DNA of 64,000 bases from Octopus bimaculoides (lineage: Eukaryota). This document shows positions 61,389-64,000 of the stretch, in pieces (the stretch's first letter is position 1; each line of letters begins with the position of its first letter). Under the pieces are notes generated by a model that was not told where the DNA came from, made no database searches, and was given only the letters and a program-made list of their open reading frames with translations. The stretch covers positions 15,826,538 through 15,890,537 of the forward strand of contig NC_068987.1 of NCBI RefSeq assembly GCF_001194135.2. Direction: 5' to 3'. A program made the position numbers and the translations under genes.

Positions 61389-62619
61389 GTAAGTATTAAA
61401 AGAAATTATTGATGATTCTAGTGGTAAAATATGCAATAACAATAACTTAAGTAGATGTGCTTTCAGCTTTCATTGTGTGATTTTCTTTGTTGTTGCAGAA
61501 TAAAGTTATATTGTTTGTTGAAATTAATTCCCTGAAATTAACTCCTGATAATAGTTTGCTGTGTTCAACTTTAAAACATTTTGTTTATGCTTGTACTTGC
61601 CAATGAATAATCTTCCTTCTATTTTCCTCTAATTTTTCTCGCTATTATACTTTTTTTTTTTTTCTGCAAACTGGTTCCTTTCTTTTTTATTTACCAGCTA
61701 TTCTTATATCCTTTTTTCACTTCTACCAGTTAATTTTTTTGTTTGTTCTTTTAACCATTTCATTTCCATATTTCTATTGACATGCACTACTTTTTGTTTC
61801 AATTCATTTTTATAATGATGAAAAATTTAGTAAAATAGCATTTTTAATGTGCTGTTTGAAACCTAAATTAACATGAAATTTTTATGGAAGTTTTTAATGT
61901 AGATCACTTCAACCAGCATTTCAATTATTATCAAATGTAATGCTTATTCGTTTACATTGTTTTGAATTCATTATGCATTATCTCTTAGCTTTAAAATTTC
62001 GATGATATATTCTTTTAGAATGGCATCGCAGGGTAAGTGTAAGAAGCTAGATCTGGCTGGTTTGAGCATAAAATAGATGGAATTTTTGGGCTGGATATGG
62101 CAAGTTCACATGTTTAAGGATTAAACAGGAATTTTATATCATAGTACCAGAGGCAGTCTCTGGATGGTTGGTAACAAAGGATTTAAAATCCTCTCTAGCT
62201 TTCTTTTGCCGTTTTCTTGTCCTATCCATATAGATAAGGAAGCAGTCTTGTATTAAATACTCCTATATACTTAAAGCTTGCTCCCCATGATCAACTCTTT
62301 ATCAGTTTTAAATATGGTCAAAAATATCTATATTTAAATCAATTTTACAAAATTATGAAATGCTCAATCAGCTTTAGAAACTTTTAACATTTTTTTTTTA
62401 TGAATTCTTTAAATTCCAGTGTTGTAAGTGCAAGGTAATTATAAGAAACATGCTTTTAACTCCACTTGTTGTTTTCATCATTTTCATCCCAACCTCTTTC
62501 ATGTGTTTACCCTTTTAACCTTCAGATCCTTTGCACTATTTCATTTCTATTTTGGCAATTAAAATTTAAAAAATAAAAAAAATTGTGAGCAAATAGTGCT
62601 TGATTAATTTGCATCTAAC

Positions 62620-63580
62620 TCTTCTTGAAGAGCAGCTTCGCCATGCTGAAATTGTTGTATACCTTTTCATCTGTACTCCCCCTGTTACAACCAGATGGTC
62701 TGCTTGACTGATCTCAAAAATTCTTCCCAATGTAGTGTGATTAAAGGTATGTAATGTCCAGTTCAATCACACCAGATATAAGCCACCATCTCTGTTGGAT
62801 TTGGCAACCTTCACTCATTGATTTTAGCACTATCATTATTGGGCTCTTTTTATACTCTCATGGATGAGCTTCTCTCCAACTCGGTTGAACCTTTTGAAGG
62901 TGTTTGAAACTACCTACATGTCTTGAATGCAGTTCCATTTGTGCTATAAAATCTTAGTTAATTTGCTTGACCAGCATAGACTGGTATGTTTCAGTTCTGC
63001 TACACAGGAGGACAAGACTTAAAATTATACTGTCAAGGGTGACTGGCATCCAGCAGGGTAACGGTCCAAATTTACATTTCACTCGGACTTCTGATATGTG
63101 ACTGACCCAAATGCCACAGCAGGTCTGCTGTAGATATTTTTGGTCTGTACTGGTTGTCATGCTACCTCAGTGCTAACTAGTCACTTCCTTGCCATACCAT
63201 TCTGAACGATGTGAAATGCAGTTTAGACATGGCTGATTTTTTTTTTTTCCTTTTTTCTATAGCAACTGAAGCCAGTGGGATTAGATCTGAAGAATGATAA
63301 AAGACCAGATGACATCATTGGTCTTCAAATTCTGAGGTGGCAAATATTTAATCCAAGGATGTGATTTGTAGGGATACAAGCACTGGTTACTATCAAACAT
63401 TTTTCAAACTTATAGTTGTGGAAACAACTGACATTCTGTCCCCTCCTCACAAACGACTTCCTTGTATAGTTTAGTCAGATTAGAGATTACCATCCACAAG
63501 AACAAACCCTTCAAGGGAATTCTTGTCGCTGTGTCACCCTCATCATTCTTTGGGGTGATACATTCAACATTTTGCATTGG
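62620..63580 (+). mobile_element. Decayed CRE-like non-LTR retrotransposon (RT end, zinc knuckle, PD-D nuclease)
   Basis: LRHAEIVVYLF, LLDQHRLVCF, ISLGLLICD*PKCHSRSAVDIFGLYWLSC...CHTILNDVKCSLDMA, LKPVGLDLKNDKRPDD, DVICRDT, IVVETT, ILWGDTFNIL. Confidence 0.78.
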
Positions 63581-63801
63581 GATTACAAGACATTTGCAGT
63601 CTCACTGTTAATAAATATCTCATTTTATACAAGGTCCATTTTATTGAAGAAATAACATTTTCTACTAATTATACGTGAAAGTTATCTGAATAACAAAATT
63701 ACCTAATTCCTCTAAAAAGACAACAAAAAAAGATAAAAACAATCTTTTGTTTTCTGTGTATTTGAGCCATGTATGTAGGTATGTATGTGTGTATATATAT
63801 A

Positions 63802-63852
<51 letters not shown>

Positions 63853-64000
63853 TATATGTATTCATTCAGTCATTTAGACATGGAATATGAGATTCCACTT
63901 TCTAAGACTTGTTGCATGCTTCCACATTTACTTTTTGCAATGTTGCAATTTTTTATTTTTTTATTTTTTTTTAAAGCACCATAACAAAATCTTCTCTGCT

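Noticed and set aside
63977-64000. Possible next TRPML exon after tttttaaag| (HHNKIFSA)
   Set aside because: Only 24 nt visible and no match to the expected YDxCS motif; cannot be supported.

Overview
AT-rich, repeat-dense animal genomic DNA with five assembly gaps. The tRNA-derived SINEs, RTE LINEs and microsatellite load look like an octopus (coleoid cephalopod) scaffold; the species is an inference. The only gene I can identify is a + strand mucolipin/TRPML channel. Eight coding exons were assembled by hand at 49132-61388 with GT-AG borders and continuous frame; the C-terminal exons lie beyond the window. A candidate in-frame first coding exon sits 19.5 kb upstream at 29604-29658, at the edge of a CpG-rich to CpG-poor transition. 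The CpG-rich interval (~10.9-29.5 kb) contains four different GG...CC palindromic elements with perfect 8-9 bp target-site duplications that all carry TTAGGG telomere-type repeats, plus a partial fifth copy. It also holds a Merlin (IS1595/ISXO2-like) transposase relic interrupted by a CRE-like retrotransposon and a two-part inverted RTE LINE. Other elements: several SINE families, TTAA (piggyBac-type) MITEs, Tc1/mariner and Tigger relics, CR1, a DINE-1/HINE-like element with central tandem repeats, and a second CRE-like relic in the last visible TRPML intron. No prokaryotic features, CRISPR arrays, rRNA or true tRNA genes were seen. All family assignments come from manual translation and motif recognition, not database searches, and repeat boundaries are approximate unless a TSD is given.
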